In this document: positions 18,974 to 29,651 of the stretch, piece after piece
Layout of the letters: the number at the start of each line of letters is the position of its first letter
Position numbering within the stretch: position 1 is the stretch's first letter
IMG/VR virus record: IMGVR_UViG_3300006153_000003
Source: a virus
Taxonomy: Duplodnaviria > Caudoviricetes
Reading direction: 5' to 3' (one strand)
Length of the DNA: 64,000 nt
Translations under genes and position numbers: made by a program
Notes under the pieces: model-generated
Database searches by the model: none
What the model was told of the DNA's origin: nothing
Seen by the model: only the letters and a program-made list of their open reading frames with translations

Positions 18974-20950
18974 TCACTTTTCTCCTTCAATCATTTTGAT
19001 AAATTCATTTTCAGATATAATCGGAATCCCTAGATCAATTGCCTTCTTATTTTTCCCAGACTGACTTGTTACATTGTTGTTAATCAAATATGATGTTTTC
19101 TTGGTTACTGATCCGGATACCTTACCACCCAATGATTCAATTGTAGATATCAACTCATCCCGATTCTTGTAATGCTTCAAACTACCAGTAATTACAAACA
19201 TTTTCCCCGATAAATCGATCCCAGTATTCTTATTATCTTCTATTCTAAATAAAAACTCTTTGCTCAATTCAAAAACAGACAAACTCTTTTCATTCCACCA
19301 ATCGTCTAATGATTTACGCATTGAAGGCCCAAATCCATCAATTGACCAAAAATACTTTCCTCCGTATTTAGCCATTATTGTAGTAAAAGCTTCTATATTA
19401 TGATTACAATGTTTTGATATATCCTTACTTGCTGTTCTGCCAATTAAAGGAATACATAAACTATAAAGGAATCTGTCTAATGTCGTGTTTCTACTTTTTT
19501 CGATATTCTCTAGTAGTTTATCAGATGATTTCTTCCCAAATCCTTCAAGCCGATACATTTCATTTTTGTGCTTTGATAATTGATAGATATCCTGGAATGA
19601 ATTTATCCATCCCAAGCTAATAAATTTTTGCAACGTTTGTTCAGATAGTCCTTCAATGCGAATTGCATTTTTACTTACAAAATGTGATAATTTACCAAGC
19701 AATTTGCCCTTACAATTTGGATTGGAACATACAAGAATCTCTGTATCATTATCTTTTACAATCTTTGTATCTCCATCACAAATTGGACATACTTTTACAG
19801 GAGAAATTGCATTTTTGTCCGTAATTTCTATACTGTCTATTTCTGCTGAATCAATCTGTGGAATAATCATGTTACTTTTATATACATTCACTGTTTGCCC
19901 TTTATGAGTGATTCCCAGTTTCTTCATTATAGATAAGTTATGTAATGAAGCTCTTTCAACCATAGTCCCCTCAATCTCTACAGGATTGAAAACTGCTGTC
20001 GGCGTAAGAACTCCTGTTTTTCCCATTGTAAATTCAACATCTAATAATTTTGTAGGATAAATATCATCATAAAATTTGAAAGCCAAGGAATGTTTAGGAT
20101 GATGTCCTGTCATTCCTAAAGATTTTCCATAGGCAATATCATTGTAGGACACAACAAGTCCATCAATCGGAAATCCTTTTTTGTATGCTAAATTCTTTAG
20201 TGTCTCAATATACTTATCATAGTCTTTTTCAATTCCATCTATATAAATGTGTGGAACCACTTCAAAACCTAGCGCTTCGGCATCTTGAAACCCCGTAAGC
20301 ATAGATTCTTTTTCTCCTGGCATTTTCCAGACAATAAATCTGATATGTCTTTCTGCAGCTACTCTACTATCTAATTGTCTAACAGATCCACTGGCCAAGT
20401 TCCGTGGATTTGCATATTTCTTATCCACCGGGAGCTTTTTATTGATTTTTTCAAAGTCACCATATGTGATAATTGCTTCACCCTCAATTTCCAAATGTCC
20501 TGAGAAATCAATATGTAATGGAATATTTTCAAAAACCTTGGCATTGTGGGTAATAATCTCGCCCTCTTCTCCATTACCGCGAGTTTCTGCCTGTGTTAAC
20601 ACTCCATTTTCATAAGTTAAAAGTATGGTCAATCCGTCCATCTTACACATAAGTAGACAATCTTCATCCTTGGCAAACTTTTTCAAATCTTTAACTGACT
20701 TCGTTTTGTCCAGTGAAAGCATGAGATGACTATGCTTTATCTTTTTTAATTTCGACTTCACCTCATAGCCAACCATCTGAGTCGGAGAATTTGTCATTAT
20801 AATATTTGTTTCTTCTTCTAATTTCTTTAACTCATCAAAGAGATCATCATATTCCCGATCTGTTACTATCGATACTGAATCATTATAATATGAATCTCTA
20901 TACTCGTTTAAGAGCTGATTCAGTTCCTTAATTCTCTCTATCTTACTCAA
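18974..20950 (-). CDS. ligA: NAD-dependent DNA ligase
   Basis: MLSLDK, KMDG, TRGNG, NPRN, Zn finger, C-terminal BRCT. Confidence 0.95.
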   Translation of the reverse strand: MSKIERIKELNQLLNEYRDSYYNDSVSIVTDREYDDLFDELKKLEEETNIIMTNSPTQMVGYEVKSKLKKIKHSHLMLSLDKTKSVKDLKKFAKDEDCLLMCKMDGLTILLTYENGVLTQAETRGNGEEGEIITHNAKVFENIPLHIDFSGHLEIEGEAIITYGDFEKINKKLPVDKKYANPRNLASGSVRQLDSRVAAERHIRFIVWKMPGEKESMLTGFQDAEALGFEVVPHIYIDGIEKDYDKYIETLKNLAYKKGFPIDGLVVSYNDIAYGKSLGMTGHHPKHSLAFKFYDDIYPTKLLDVEFTMGKTGVLTPTAVFNPVEIEGTMVERASLHNLSIMKKLGITHKGQTVNVYKSNMIIPQIDSAEIDSIEITDKNAISPVKVCPICDGDTKIVKDNDTEILVCSNPNCKGKLLGKLSHFVSKNAIRIEGLSEQTLQKFISLGWINSFQDIYQLSKHKNEMYRLEGFGKKSSDKLLENIEKSRNTTLDRFLYSLCIPLIGRTASKDISKHCNHNIEAFTTIMAKYGGKYFWSIDGFGPSMRKSLDDWWNEKSLSVFELSKEFLFRIEDNKNTGIDLSGKMFVITGSLKHYKNRDELISTIESLGGKVSGSVTKKTSYLINNNVTSQSGKNKKAIDLGIPIISENEFIKMIEGEK

Positions 20951-21000
20951 TATTCCCTCCTATAAAACACACATTTAATCAATGTTTCTTTTTGCAAATG

Positions 21001-21405
21001 CTACATACTTTTATGAATCATTTTTAATTCTTCAATAACAATTTTCTCTGGAAATGTTAAACTTGTTGCAATATTAAAGATTTGTTCTATAGCTATTAGT
21101 AAACCAATAATAATTAGAATTATTGTTGCTATACCACTAAGTACAGCCCATACATCATTATAATTATAGGAATCACTTTCTTCATATTTTTTAATAAATC
21201 TTTTTGTTTGTTTTGATCCCCATTTAGCAATAAATAAACAGATTACTCCCATTAAAAGCCATATTACACTTGTTGTAATTTCATAATTTATATATTTTCC
21301 ACATAGCTTTTCTAGGTATGGAATTACATTTGCTGATGTCCAATCAATAGCAAGTCCAAATCGTTCTGCAAGCGCATCTAATACTTTTATAATTTCTTCT
21401 GACAT
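21001..21405 (-). CDS. Phage membrane protein
   Basis: Two hydrophobic helices; in operon. Confidence 0.6.
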   Translation of the reverse strand: MSEEIIKVLDALAERFGLAIDWTSANVIPYLEKLCGKYINYEITTSVIWLLMGVICLFIAKWGSKQTKRFIKKYEESDSYNYNDVWAVLSGIATIILIIIGLLIAIEQIFNIATSLTFPEKIVIEELKMIHKSM

Positions 21406-21798
21406 TTATTTCTCATCTCCTTCGTTCCATAGTCCTTTTATTCTATTTGATATAGGATATATTTCTTTTAACAACCAGGCGCGATATTTTAAATAACTTA
21501 ATGGATAAAAAATTATGTAATTATCAGAAAATTTTATTGTTTTAGAATCAAGATAATAACTATAATTTTTTCTTGAATAACGGTTATATTTATTTTCATA
21601 TTTTTGATACACTCTTTTAAATGAATTAAATGTAACCCAATCATATGTCCTTTCGCTTAATAACGTATCAAAAATATGGAACATATAGTTCATAATAAAC
21701 CAGAACATACATATAGTAAGTAAGGTTATCGATATAGCTACCATTATATGCCTCCTCTCATATCCTCTATAGATCATCCCAATCATCATAATCATCAT
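21406..21798 (-). CDS. Hypothetical membrane-anchored protein (probable start at MVAISI)
   Basis: GAGGAGG RBS before the internal Met; N-terminal hydrophobic segment. Confidence 0.55.
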   Translation of the reverse strand: MMIMMIGMIYRGYERRHIMVAISITLLTICMFWFIMNYMFHIFDTLLSERTYDWVTFNSFKRVYQKYENKYNRYSRKNYSYYLDSKTIKFSDNYIIFYPLSYLKYRAWLLKEIYPISNRIKGLWNEGDEK

Positions 21799-22273
21799 TA
21801 TCCTTCTTTACAGGCTCATCCTTCATTAATAAACATACTAAAATCTCAGCATTTGTATCCACAAACACTTCTTCGATGATTGTCTTAACTCTGTCCCAGT
21901 CCATTCCTTCATGACCACAGCCAAGCCTTGGAATAGCGACTTTCGTAATCAAATTTTCTTCCATCTGATCTTTCATATCTTCTAATGCAGCTCGGAGTTT
22001 CTTATATTTTGCCTTCTTGGTCGGATCTCTCTTGATTACAAGATTGAACACATTATCTACAAGCAGCGCATCTCCCAGGTGATATTTTGCGCCTGGGGTG
22101 AAAAATCTATGTAATTTTTCCTTCATATTAAAGATTAAATCAATCTTTTTTGCTACTCCAGCTCCAAGTGAAAAATCCGCCGTAATGCAGTGTGCAAGGT
22201 AATATCCCTGTGGTACATCAAATAAATTTCTTTTTTCTTCTTTAATTATCATGTTTTTCTTCTTCCTTTCCAT
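21767..22273 (-). CDS. Macrodomain protein (Poa1p/TARG1/DarG-like)
   Basis: LAHCITADFSLGAGVA, VFNLVIK and IPRLGCG..GMDW motifs. Confidence 0.85.
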   Translation of the reverse strand: MERKKKNMIIKEEKRNLFDVPQGYYLAHCITADFSLGAGVAKKIDLIFNMKEKLHRFFTPGAKYHLGDALLVDNVFNLVIKRDPTKKAKYKKLRAALEDMKDQMEENLITKVAIPRLGCGHEGMDWDRVKTIIEEVFVDTNAEILVCLLMKDEPVKKDNDDYDDWDDL

Positions 22274-22392
22274 TTACTATTTTAAATTTTGAGTAAGCTT
22301 TTATTACATCATTACAATACATTCTGTATTCTTGCATTGTATCCGGATATTTTATAGAATCGACTTTACTTTCGAACATAGTGTTTCATTCT

Positions 22393-22788
22393 TTATTTCT
22401 TCTGTTTTATAATTTGTAAAATTAAATTTAACAGTTCCTCCATCTTATAAGAATTTCCACTAAATAAATCACCTGTGGTTTTGATTTGATATTCCCATTC
22501 ATTCTCAGGTACAATTTTTACAGGAACATCGTGGTATATAACTGCCCCTATTGGCACACTCCATTCTGATTCACACCATGAAGCTTTGTGCTTATATTCT
22601 TTAATAAGTTTCTTTAAACCATTTTGACATCCCTTTGCGTATATTCTGGAATTATTTTTATCTGTCCGATGGATTCTTGGATATTGAACACCTTCTATTT
22701 CCATAGGTTTAAATTTATTTATCACCAAAAGAACGCCATCAGTTATTCTGTATATATCTTGATAATCTGATTGCACTACTATTTCCAA
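22393..22788 (-). CDS. Hypothetical phage protein
   Basis: GGAGGTG RBS; 131 aa. Confidence 0.6.
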   Translation of the reverse strand: MEIVVQSDYQDIYRITDGVLLVINKFKPMEIEGVQYPRIHRTDKNNSRIYAKGCQNGLKKLIKEYKHKASWCESEWSVPIGAVIYHDVPVKIVPENEWEYQIKTTGDLFSGNSYKMEELLNLILQIIKQKK

Positions 22789-22988
22789 TATTTTTCACCT
22801 CCAATTACACTTAATGAAACCTATCCGTTAAGACCAATCTATGTTCTGATCACAAGTATTACAATTATGTGTTTTTTCATTATTTGCTGTATAAATATAA
22901 AACTACCACAGCTTAGATATACTTTTGAATGTAAGTAGGAAATATATCTGTACCTATTCACAAAATCTTGTATATAGTAAAATAGTTT

Positions 22989-23090
22989 GGTGTTAGTCAA
23001 TAACTGTGTTGACCACCGTATTTTTGCTATATTGAGATATTGAATTTACTACATCTTTAAGCTATACCAACACAGTTATTGACTAACACC
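22989..23090. mobile_element. 102-bp MITE
   Basis: Perfect 23-bp terminal inverted repeats GGTGTTAGTCAATAACTGTGTTG; 8-bp target duplication AATAGTTT at 22981-22988 and 23091-23098. Confidence 0.85.
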
Positions 23091-23248
23091 AATAGTTTAT
23101 ATATTATTCTCTACATATTTTCATCACTCACTTTATTTTGTATAATTTTTGTTATATAATATCATTAATAGTTTGATGGTTTTTCCTATCTCGAATATGG
23201 GCAACCGATAGTAACCTAGCTTGATGTTTTTTATGGAGGGATATATTT

Positions 23249-23902
23249 ATGGATGAAAACTTATTTTGGTGTATCATTGGAGTTATAGGTGGAGCCATTG
23301 TAAGTTATTTTATTAGCTATTTTTTCTATTTCAAAAGCATTAAAAAGAAACGACTTACCTATGATATTAAAACTTTTTGTCTTGTGTCAGATAAAGTAAA
23401 CAATATAGAGGGATTGGAACTAAAATATAATTCCGTAGAAATAGAAGATTTATACTCTTCCACAATAACTATAACTAATATTGGAAATTCAATTATTGAA
23501 GAACAAGACATTGTATCTTCATGTCCGATATCAATATCTACATCTGGACATTTTTTGAAAGCAAAACATGATTCCATAAATTCTTATCCTAAAAATAAAG
23601 TTACTGAATATATTTTATCTTATAATGAAAATAGCGATGTATGTAATTATGTTGAATTCAATTTTGATTATATTCCCCAAAATGCCATTATATCTTTTTC
23701 AGTATTTTATATAGGCGATATAAACTTTAATGGTGCATTAAAAGATGGCGAAATAATTTCACCAGATGCTTATGAGAAAAAGTTGGATCTAAAATTGAAA
23801 TTATTTATAATATATTCGATTTTGTGTTATCCTATAGCTATATTTATTGGATTATTATTTACTAGACTCATCATTGCAGTTTTCCAATACTTATTTGGTT
23901 GA
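23249..23902 (+). CDS. AT-rich membrane protein (moron) with N- and C-terminal TM helices
   Basis: Opposite strand to the lytic operon; GGAGG RBS. Confidence 0.7.
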   Translation: MDENLFWCIIGVIGGAIVSYFISYFFYFKSIKKKRLTYDIKTFCLVSDKVNNIEGLELKYNSVEIEDLYSSTITITNIGNSIIEEQDIVSSCPISISTSGHFLKAKHDSINSYPKNKVTEYILSYNENSDVCNYVEFNFDYIPQNAIISFSVFYIGDINFNGALKDGEIISPDAYEKKLDLKLKLFIIYSILCYPIAIFIGLLFTRLIIAVFQYLFG

Positions 23903-23988
23903 TCACCAACATTTTTTAAATAATGTTTTAACATATATTGTATAAGAAATAATTTATCAAATAAAAGTCCTATTTCATGTCCATATTC

Positions 23989-24036
23989 AGTCTATATATA
24001 GTGTTTTTAAGTTGTGCGAACCACTATATATAGACT
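23989..24036. promoter_or_regulatory. Tandem NrdR-box-like sites (also form a 16-bp inverted repeat)
   Basis: AGTCTATATATAGTGT (23989) and CCACTATATATAGACT (24021), 32 bp apart; match the acaCwAtATaTwGtgt core. Confidence 0.55.
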
Positions 24037-24042
24037 GTTTTT

Positions 24043-26355
24043 TTATGCTGTTTTTCCTTCTAGCATCATCCATGTATTACGCTTATTGTGACTTGTGCGG
24101 ATACACTGTAAAAACGCTTGTGGTTCTGCCAACAGTAGACATCTTTTCTTTGCTCTTGTAAGTAGCGTATACAACATACAGTTATCCAAAAGTTGATGAT
24201 GTGTATTGTCAATAATACCAATAACAATCTTTCTACCGGCTCCCTGTAACTTATGTACAGTCATTGCATAAGCCAGATCCAAAGCTGCCAGTTCTTTCTT
24301 TGTGTACTCAATCAATTTGTCTTTGCCAAAAATGTCAGTATATGTTACCACACAATACTCTTCTTTCTTTTTACCATTTTGTCTCTCACTAATTTCTGTT
24401 ATATATCCTATTTCTCCATTAAACACATTCCTATCATAATCATTTACAGTCTGCATTACTTTAGCACCTAATTTAAATGTCATCTCAAAACCAGATATAC
24501 TTTGCAATACATCTCCTAGCAACTTCTCCTGAATTGTTTTATTCAGTTCATTTGTACTATTCAAGCAATCTTTTCTTCGTGGTACTGTAATAACAACATT
24601 ATCAATCCCATCAGACTCTACCGATTTTAGAAATGTCTTAACTGCAATATCAAATAATGATTGCCTATTTGTACGGAACATATAATACATATCCTGTAAC
24701 TCACCATGAATAATTCTCGGTTGTAACTTTTCAGTTATAGGGTTGATGTTTTCACGGATCAGATTTGCGTCTACAAGAATGCCGGACTTTTCAGCTTGTC
24801 TCATTGGCTTAACCAGTTTACTTACTACTGTATCATCAAACATTTCTATTAAATCAGAAAATACATTACCAAATCCTATTGGCGGTAACTGCTTGTGATC
24901 ACCAGAAATAATAATTCTTGTGTTATCATCAATAGCTTCTAACCAATGGAGAAATAAACTGGCATTTACCATACTTCCCTCATCAAGAAATGCAACGCTT
25001 GTAATCAAGTGATTATCCTTATTAAAATCAAACTTATTCAAACCTTTACATCCTAATGTCCTATGAATCGTCATAGCAGGAAATGATGTTGCTTCAGTTA
25101 TTCTCTGTGCTGCCATAGCTGATAAAGCAGATGCCGTTAATGTAAATTGGTTCTCTGTATATGCTTTTACAATCGCTCTCATAATGGAAGTCTTACCAGT
25201 GCCAGCTTTTCCAGTTATTAGGCTGATTGTTCTATGTAAACTTTTATTGATTGTGTCAAGCTGTTCTACTACATATTGAAATCCTTGTTCTTCTTCTGCA
25301 TGTCTGATCGCCTGTTCTATTTTTTCATCAGAGATATTAATGTCCGTCTGTTTCTTAGACTTTTCAAGCAGTATATTATAAATCTGCATTTCTATATCGT
25401 GATAATATTTCAATCCTACTCTATCTTCTGATATGTGTAAAAACTCATTATTTTCTAATAACCAATCGGTTTTGTCTGCACATTCAGGAACACTATTGCT
25501 TATTGCTGACTTTAGAATTTTAACTGAACACCATGTATGACCACTGCTTTCTCCCAAATCTGTAAAATAGTATTTTATAAAAGCCACTAATCTTTCAGAT
25601 TTATTTATAAGTTCTGGCTTTAATTTTAAAGCTAAATCATCGACCTTCTTAAAGCCAAGCCCATTAATTTTTGTCAAAATGTACGGATTTTCTTCTAATT
25701 TCTGTTTTAACAATACCGGATTAGGCTCGTCTGTGAGAAGTTTCTTAATCATCGTATATGTAACACCTAATGGTTTTAACATAGTTATAATATCCGAAAT
25801 CAGATAATTATTGATAATCTTGTCCCTAATTCTGCTCCAAGTAAATTCTCTAACCCCTTTTACCAAATCATAATCAATCTCCTTTAATGTGCCGTTTGCC
25901 ACATCATTTACTACATTTGGATATACATTGATTAAGTTCTCTGCAATCCAAGGCGAGATGATTGATTGCAGAAACATTAGTTGTGACTCTTTTGTTTGCG
26001 GAATTAAAGCATATATGGCTATTGGTGTATACTGATGCCCATATGTTTTGTCATACTTATACTTTGCTTTTACCATATATTCACCGCCGATAACTAATTC
26101 TTGCATTTTACCAGCTAAAGAACTGAACTTTCTATCCCGGTTGACTTCTTTATTGTCCTCAAAAGGTAAATCCATTTTTGTTTCTTTTGTGTATTGAGGA
26201 ATGTCATCGTCTGTATAGAAACCATAAACTCCCCAAGTAGTATCTGGGTTATAATATCGCTCATATGTTATAACTGCTTTAAATTTTAGAATATCTTCAT
26301 CATTCTCAAACAAATTTATACTGCTACTCCTTTCTTCCTCATCTGATCTAACCAA
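24043..26355 (-). CDS. recD2: RecD2-like ATP-dependent helicase (probable start near 26313)
   Basis: GLGFKKVD HhH, GKAGTGKT, DEGSM, GDHKQL, AYAMTVHKLQG, YTLLTRAK. Confidence 0.93.
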   Translation of the reverse strand: MVRSDEEERSSSINLFENDEDILKFKAVITYERYYNPDTTWGVYGFYTDDDIPQYTKETKMDLPFEDNKEVNRDRKFSSLAGKMQELVIGGEYMVKAKYKYDKTYGHQYTPIAIYALIPQTKESQLMFLQSIISPWIAENLINVYPNVVNDVANGTLKEIDYDLVKGVREFTWSRIRDKIINNYLISDIITMLKPLGVTYTMIKKLLTDEPNPVLLKQKLEENPYILTKINGLGFKKVDDLALKLKPELINKSERLVAFIKYYFTDLGESSGHTWCSVKILKSAISNSVPECADKTDWLLENNEFLHISEDRVGLKYYHDIEMQIYNILLEKSKKQTDINISDEKIEQAIRHAEEEQGFQYVVEQLDTINKSLHRTISLITGKAGTGKTSIMRAIVKAYTENQFTLTASALSAMAAQRITEATSFPAMTIHRTLGCKGLNKFDFNKDNHLITSVAFLDEGSMVNASLFLHWLEAIDDNTRIIISGDHKQLPPIGFGNVFSDLIEMFDDTVVSKLVKPMRQAEKSGILVDANLIRENINPITEKLQPRIIHGELQDMYYMFRTNRQSLFDIAVKTFLKSVESDGIDNVVITVPRRKDCLNSTNELNKTIQEKLLGDVLQSISGFEMTFKLGAKVMQTVNDYDRNVFNGEIGYITEISERQNGKKKEEYCVVTYTDIFGKDKLIEYTKKELAALDLAYAMTVHKLQGAGRKIVIGIIDNTHHQLLDNCMLYTLLTRAKKRCLLLAEPQAFLQCIRTSHNKRNTWMMLEGKTA

Positions 26356-29300
26356 GTATTATATGGCTTTACTTTCTCCACAAAGAAATGTTCTTCCCTC
26401 TTTCTTCCAAGTATTGCAAGGCAGTTTCCTTTCTTAATATCATCGCTATACTGTTTTAATTGACTTGACCAAATAGTTGCCTCAATAATGCCAAACGGTG
26501 TATATAGATCTAAATATGCAAATTGATTCCCGTTTTTATCTTTCTTCCTTTTAATATCAACTATGACACAAAATAATGTAGTCTTATCTCCGTCCTCTAC
26601 CATATCCCAATCTGTTTTTGTATATTTGTAAGCATCTTTTAACGGGTCATTCGTCAGGAACATAGATAATGTATCAAACTCCCACATATACTCATCTTTA
26701 GCATATTTCTCTTGAAATTCGATCATATGATTTTTATATTTCTGATTTTGTTGTTCTATAAATAACTTCTCTTTTGCTTTGTTATAGTCTATCAATAATG
26801 CTTCTTTATTTACTTTTTTCTTATCATTTCTATAATCATCTACATTTAACCCAAACGGGATAAGTTTTGAATATGGAGATGGTAATGTAGTTACTGGTTT
26901 ATATTTTTTCCTTTCAAAAAGTCTGTTAGCATATTTCTTTAAAGAAAGCATTTTATCTTTTGTTGGTACTGCTCCAGCTTTAATCAATGTAATAATTGCA
27001 GTCTTATCAGAAACTTTTTCAACAAAATCACTCATGTTTTGATAAGGTCTATTTTCGATAATCTTATAAACAATAGATTCTCCAAGACCTTTAACTGCCA
27101 ACAGTCCAAACAAAATTTCATTATTTTCTGGCAAAGCAGTAAACTCAATATCTGATTTATTTACATTCGGTGGAGATACTTTAATGCCTAATCTTTTGCA
27201 ATCATTAATCACGATACTAATTTTCTGTACTTTATCACTTTTAGATGTAAGCAGAGCTGCCATAAAATAGATTGTGTAGTGTGTTTTCAAATATGCAGTA
27301 AGATAAGATAACAAGCCATATGCAACAGCGTGACCACGATTAAAACAATATTCTGCCTGTTTAAGCATTAACTGCCAAATTTCAATCAACTGTTCATTGT
27401 TCCAACCTTTTTTTGTAAGACCAACTCTGAAATCAACTTCAAGTTGCTCCATTACTTCTTTCTTCTTTTTTCCAATAGCTCTTCTTGCATTATCAACTTG
27501 TTCCTCTGGAAAATCAGCATGTCTGAATAACTGCAATGCCTGTTCTTGATATAATAAAATATAATGGGTTTTACCAAACAATTCTCTTAAATCTTCATGC
27601 AAGACAGTTACATTTTGGGGATATAACTTATTTTGACAATATGTTGGAAAACTTTCTTTTGTTCCAGGACGATTGGCTGCATTAACAACAATAACGTCCT
27701 CTACATTATCCGCTTGTGCTTCAATACACATCCGTCTTCCTTCTGCTGATTCCATCTGGAAAATACCAACTGTATTGCCATTCTTATATACCTTTTCAAA
27801 AACCTCTTTATCTTCTAAGTTCAAATGGTTAATATCAACATCGTCCCATGTAATACTAGCCATTTTTAATGTGTCATCAACAATATCAAGAGTCTCCAGA
27901 CCAAGATAATCCATCTTTACAAGTCCCAAATCATCCATTGCATTATGCATCTCTAATTCGATCATGATATTTTTCTCAGAGTCATAACATAATGGACAAT
28001 AATCTGTGACTGGCGTAGGAGTTATAAGTGTCCCTGCTGCGTGTCTTCCCATTGATTTAGGTAAACCCTCAACATCCATTACATACTTAAACCATAGGGG
28101 AAATTTATCATATACTTCTTTCAGCTTTTCATTCTTATTGAGAATATCCTTAAGCAGAACATCTTTTTCTTCCTCTTCTCCTAAATCATTTAGCGTCTTG
28201 ATTGTCGGAACCATCTTTGCAACTTCGTCACGCAATTTATATGGTATCTGTTTGTAATATGGAGAATAATCTTTTTCATCCAATACCTTACCAATATCAC
28301 GAATCGCCACCTTTGTACTTAATGTATTAAATGTAGCAATAGGAGCCACGTTTTCTTTTCCAAATAACTCTTCTGATATTTCCACCATTTCTTTTCTTCT
28401 TCGTTTTGATATGTCCCAGTCGAAATCTGCCATAGATTTTCTGCCAAGATTTGCGAAACGTGAAAAGTCTAAATCCCATCTAACACTGTCTATCTGTGTT
28501 ACATTCAACATAAATAGGCATAAACAGTTTGCTCCTGAACCTCTGGAATACCCCAATGGTATTTTTCTTTTTCTTGCCTCTTTTGCAAGCATATACAGCA
28601 TAATGAAATAATCCGTATAGTCAACTGCATATAATACTGGCAGTTCTGTTTCAAGCCTTTGTCTTCTTATCTCCTGATCTTCCTTAGACATATGACCAAA
28701 TTTTTCATCAAAGGTTTTGAATACCAAATATCTCAAATATTCTTCGTGATTATCATAGCCATTTTCAATATTTATTTTTGGCATGATGTTACCTTTATTC
28801 AGACCAATATCAATGTTTTCAATAATGTCTGTTATATTTACAGACTCTTCAATGCCTTTTCTTATAATGTCTTCAGAAAATTGGTCAGATAACTTTTCGT
28901 ATATTTCATTCTCAGTCTGTAAATAGCAGTCTGTATAACTTTCTCCTACTTCTCTCCCTTCCCCTATTTCAACAAACATTGCGTGTGATTCCTTCAAAGA
29001 ATCACTTAACATATGTGCATCTGTTGTAATTGTATATGGTAAATTATGTTTCTGTGAAAAATCATAAATCAGTTGATTTGCATTTGCCTGATCTTCTGTA
29101 TTGTGTGATTGAAGTTCACATACCACATAATCAAATGTATTTTTCAGTTTATCAATATACTCTTCTGCTTCTTCATATTTCCCATTTACAAGGTATCTGC
29201 TCAGTCTTCCCGCTTGACAAGCTGTTAGGCAGATGATACCTTTTCCAAGACCTTTTTCTTGTATGTATTTAATATCAACCCTTGGTTTCTTATAAAGCCC

Positions 29301-29651
29301 TTCTGTTCTTGATACAGATGTGATTTTAATAAGGTTTTTATATCCCTCCTGAGTCCTTGCGAGTAAAATCAAATGATAACGTGGCTGCGTGTATTCTTTT
29401 GTGTCTGCCTTTTCCCACATATCATCTACTTCGTAAATCTCATTTCCAATTATAGGTTTGATATTATATTTATTACACTCTTTAACAAAATCTACAAATG
29501 AAGCCATACTCCCATGATCTGTTAAAGCCATAGCTTTCATATCGTTTTCACTTGCAAATTTAACAGCTTCTTCAACAGTCAATATAGAATCCAGCAGAGA
29601 GCCTTTAGTCGTATGTATATGTAAATGTGTAAACAAACAATCACCTACCAT
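26316..29651 (-). CDS. dnaE: DNA polymerase III alpha subunit
   Basis: PHP domain (HLHIHT, TDHG), RGSGA, DFDWD, GRHAAG, KMDYLGL, FNRGH, C-terminal OB fold. Confidence 0.96.
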   Translation of the reverse strand: MVGDCLFTHLHIHTTKGSLLDSILTVEEAVKFASENDMKAMALTDHGSMASFVDFVKECNKYNIKPIIGNEIYEVDDMWEKADTKEYTQPRYHLILLARTQEGYKNLIKITSVSRTEGLYKKPRVDIKYIQEKGLGKGIICLTACQAGRLSRYLVNGKYEEAEEYIDKLKNTFDYVVCELQSHNTEDQANANQLIYDFSQKHNLPYTITTDAHMLSDSLKESHAMFVEIGEGREVGESYTDCYLQTENEIYEKLSDQFSEDIIRKGIEESVNITDIIENIDIGLNKGNIMPKINIENGYDNHEEYLRYLVFKTFDEKFGHMSKEDQEIRRQRLETELPVLYAVDYTDYFIMLYMLAKEARKRKIPLGYSRGSGANCLCLFMLNVTQIDSVRWDLDFSRFANLGRKSMADFDWDISKRRRKEMVEISEELFGKENVAPIATFNTLSTKVAIRDIGKVLDEKDYSPYYKQIPYKLRDEVAKMVPTIKTLNDLGEEEEKDVLLKDILNKNEKLKEVYDKFPLWFKYVMDVEGLPKSMGRHAAGTLITPTPVTDYCPLCYDSEKNIMIELEMHNAMDDLGLVKMDYLGLETLDIVDDTLKMASITWDDVDINHLNLEDKEVFEKVYKNGNTVGIFQMESAEGRRMCIEAQADNVEDVIVVNAANRPGTKESFPTYCQNKLYPQNVTVLHEDLRELFGKTHYILLYQEQALQLFRHADFPEEQVDNARRAIGKKKKEVMEQLEVDFRVGLTKKGWNNEQLIEIWQLMLKQAEYCFNRGHAVAYGLLSYLTAYLKTHYTIYFMAALLTSKSDKVQKISIVINDCKRLGIKVSPPNVNKSDIEFTALPENNEILFGLLAVKGLGESIVYKIIENRPYQNMSDFVEKVSDKTAIITLIKAGAVPTKDKMLSLKKYANRLFERKKYKPVTTLPSPYSKLIPFGLNVDDYRNDKKKVNKEALLIDYNKAKEKLFIEQQNQKYKNHMIEFQEKYAKDEYMWEFDTLSMFLTNDPLKDAYKYTKTDWDMVEDGDKTTLFCVIVDIKRKKDKNGNQFAYLDLYTPFGIIEATIWSSQLKQYSDDIKKGNCLAILGRKREEHFFVEKVKPYNTWLDQMRKKGVAV

